Sequence record: PP400781
Length of the DNA: 64,000 nt
Source of the DNA: Escherichia phage FL20
Direction: 5' to 3' (one strand)
Both the position numbers and the translations under genes were made by a program. Within the stretch, counting starts at the first letter, position 1. Each line of letters starts with the position of its first letter. This document shows positions 61,637 through 64,000 of this stretch, piece by piece. A model generated the notes under the pieces. The model was not told the origin of the DNA. It saw only the letters and a list, made by a program, of their open reading frames with translations, and ran no database searches.

Positions 61637-64000
61637 ATGGCAGATTTAAACAGAATCCAGTTTAAACGCACTAGCGCAGCCGGACGTAAACCGGATGCTG
61701 GTACGATGAATCCGGGAGAGTTGGCAATTAACTTAGCAGACCAATATCTGCTTACAAAAAATGATGATGGGCAAATTGTTAATTTAAGCTGCCCTCCTGT
61801 TTATGATAAAGGCTTTAATGTAAACGGTCGTGTTGTTGTAGATGACCTTGTGTGGAGTAATACCGCAAACTATTTCGATGATCCGACCGCACGAAATCTT
61901 GATAAATTTGGGGCGTTTCGTACTAATGATATGGATGGTCATCTAGCATTGGCTTTGCATATTCCCCATCCTAGCGGTATAAATCATGCTCGTGGGTTGG
62001 ATTTTACTTATGGTTCTAACGTTGTTCCTACTGTAAAAACCTATGGTTATAACGCTGATGGTGTATTGGCATATTCATATCGCATGTATCACGAAGGTGA
62101 TAAGCCTAGTCCGTCAGAATTGAATGTGTACAGCAAACAAGAAGTAGATCGGATGTTCCAGAAGACCATCAACTTTGGTGTAGAAACTGGTTGGTTTAAA
62201 ATTGCTACCGCCTTTATTCCGCAAAATTATGGACGTAGCTTGAAAATTAGATTGATTGGTGGAAATGGGTGGAACGTAGGACAAACTGGACAATGTAATA
62301 TTATTGAACTTGTTATAAGGACTAGCAACGGTTCGCCTAAAGGAATTAACTTTGTTGCGTATCATCATGTTTCTGGTTACGAAAATCAATTTTGTGCCAT
62401 TAATACAGGTGATGACACTTATGATATCTATGCATATTACTTCGAATTTACTAATATGGTAATGGCCGAATATCAAGCGTCCAGCGATGTTAATTTAACT
62501 GTACTTGATCGACCTGAATATGTAGGCGATAAACCTGTAGCTGACCATATCTATGATGCATATACAATACACTCCTTTAACAGTTTCAGTAACCGTGGAA
62601 CGTTAAATTTTGCTGGAAACCATCAAGGCCAATATGACATTGAGCATTTGAACGAACAACAAACAAATGCTAAGAAAATGTTGCGTCGCTTCCGTAGTTC
62701 TGCTCCTGCCACTATCTGGCACGAAAGTGTTGATGACCAAAATTATCGTCTTGCTACTGGATATACCGATGTAACCCAACAATTATTGCTTTCGGCTGTA
62801 ACCGGTTTGCATATTCGTAGATTGACCATCGATGGTGGCTTAGGTTCCGGTTCTAATGCTGGTATTGATATTCGTCGAGGACCAAACGAAGCAAGCCATT
62901 TTAATTTTATGGATTATCGCACTGGTCAAGATGTTCGTAATGGTTGGTTTGGTTTTGGTGATTTGACGACCAAAGATTTTATTTGGTGGAACGATAACGG
63001 TCAAAACTCGATAAACTTGATTGAAAACGGTGAATTACATATTACTGGCGGTAAAGGCCAGAAAATTGTAATGAATAGCGAAGTTGCATTATCTGAAAAT
63101 GCTCGTTTGGCTGTTAAAGGTGGCAATTATGGCTTAATTTTTAGAAATGATGGTACTGGTTTCCATATACTGACTACCGATTTAAAAGATTCTTTTGGTA
63201 ATTGGAATAATCGTAGACCATTCAGCTATGATTTTGCGGACGGTGGATTATATTTAGGTGGCACTGAAACCGCTCGGTGTTTGCATCTGGGAATTGATGG
63301 TAGCACTCGTCTTGAAGACAACCTGTTCTTTAAAGCTGGTTCTCGTCAGTCTATGGACTATATGGAACTCGTCCATTGGGGGGCAAGCAATACAGGTCGA
63401 AATAACGTTTTAAGTCTTCGTGACTCAAAAGGATTTTTCGCAGAATTTGAACGATTGGGTGATAATACCATTAAAAACACCTTCTTCGGAAGATTTAAAG
63501 TCAATGGTGATTCTAACGCTATTACCATTAATGCTCCTACTGATTCTGATGCTGTTTATGTGAAAGGTACTTGTAACGATGTAGATAACTGGTATATCGG
63601 TAAAGGTGGTGCTGGTAATGGATTAGTTTTTTGTAGTTATAGGTCTAATGCGGCTGTTCATCTCACAGATAATGGTGAGGTTTTATTAGCCCCACAAAAC
63701 ACCGCAATTGTTAACATAAATCGCGACCGTATACACATCAACGGAACACAGTGGGTGGCACACCAGTCAGGCGGCTGGGGTGACCAATGGGGATTAGAAG
63801 CGCCGATATTTGTCGATTATAATTATGTTTCACCGGACTGTTATTATCCGATTATCAAAGGAAGAAGTTTAATCACCAATCAAGGGTATACAACTGCCGT
63901 CGATTTTGGTATGCGTCGTACCCCTAACAATTGGGGACAAGCAATTATTCGTGTTGGATCTGCGGAGAACTCGCCAGCGGCTGGTCATCCTCAAGCTGTA
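61637..64000 (+). CDS. 37: long tail fibre distal subunit gp37 (partial, continues past window end)
   Basis: N-terminus MADLNRIQFKRTSAAGRKPDAGTMNPGELAINL matches T4 gp37; first ~150 codons read without a stop, remainder not translated codon by codon. Confidence 0.8.
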   Translation, partial: MADLNRIQFKRTSAAGRKPDAGTMNPGELAINLADQYLLTKNDDGQIVNLSCPPVYDKGFNVNGRVVVDDLVWSNTANYFDDPTARNLDKFGAFRTNDMDGHLALALHIPHPSGINHARGLDFTYGSNVVPTVKTYGYNADGVLAYSYRMYHEGDKPSPSELNVYSKQEVDRMFQKTINFGVETGWFKIATAFIPQNYGRSLKIRLIGGNGWNVGQTGQCNIIELVIRTSNGSPKGINFVAYHHVSGYENQFCAINTGDDTYDIYAYYFEFTNMVMAEYQASSDVNLTVLDRPEYVGDKPVADHIYDAYTIHSFNSFSNRGTLNFAGNHQGQYDIEHLNEQQTNAKKMLRRFRSSAPATIWHESVDDQNYRLATGYTDVTQQLLLSAVTGLHIRRLTIDGGLGSGSNAGIDIRRGPNEASHFNFMDYRTGQDVRNGWFGFGDLTTKDFIWWNDNGQNSINLIENGELHITGGKGQKIVMNSEVALSENARLAVKGGNYGLIFRNDGTGFHILTTDLKDSFGNWNNRRPFSYDFADGGLYLGGTETARCLHLGIDGSTRLEDNLFFKAGSRQSMDYMELVHWGASNTGRNNVLSLRDSKGFFAEFERLGDNTIKNTFFGRFKVNGDSNAITINAPTDSDAVYVKGTCNDVDNWYIGKGGAGNGLVFCSYRSNAAVHLTDNGEVLLAPQNTAIVNINRDRIHINGTQWVAHQSGGWGDQWGLEAPIFVDYNYVSPDCYYPIIKGRSLITNQGYTTAVDFGMRRTPNNWGQAIIRVGSAENSPAAGHPQAV

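Noticed and set aside
62114-62476. 120-aa minus-strand ORF
   Set aside because: Lies inside and antisense to gene 37.

Overview
This window is a 64-kb segment of a T4-like (Tevenvirinae-type) myovirus genome, colinear with T4 from gene 20 to gene 37. Plus-strand late genes: head module 20-67-68-21-22-23-24, segE, uvsW, baseplate 51-27-28-29-48-54, tail fibres 34-35-36-37 (37 runs off the window end). Minus-strand genes: hoc, inh-like, uvsY, 25, 26, then a long early region with alt, a hyperplastic block of small ORFs, 30, 31, cd, pseT, spanins, rnlA, denA, nrdB, nrdA, td, frd, 32, 59, 33, dsbA, rnh. All calls rest on reading the supplied translations for motifs and on T4 synteny; no database search was run. 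The hyperplastic block (about 25.8-33.5 kb, with outliers to 49.7 kb) carries at least 17 copies of a ~65-bp early promoter/stem-loop/RBS cassette (PeSL-like), each in front of a small ORF. Candidate novelties, none in T4 at these positions as far as I recall: a translationally coupled DUF262 / zinc-ribbon / C5-methyltransferase-like operon; a seven-member tandem family of small proteins with an H-x-H-W...A-V-D-V signature; a DprA/SLOG-like protein; a CYTH-like protein between dsbA and rnh; a NADAR-like protein beside ligase; a second Alt-like ADP-ribosyltransferase; a thymidylate synthase with a ~125-aa insertion; and intact plus decayed homing endonuclease genes. No rRNA, tRNA or CRISPR array was seen.
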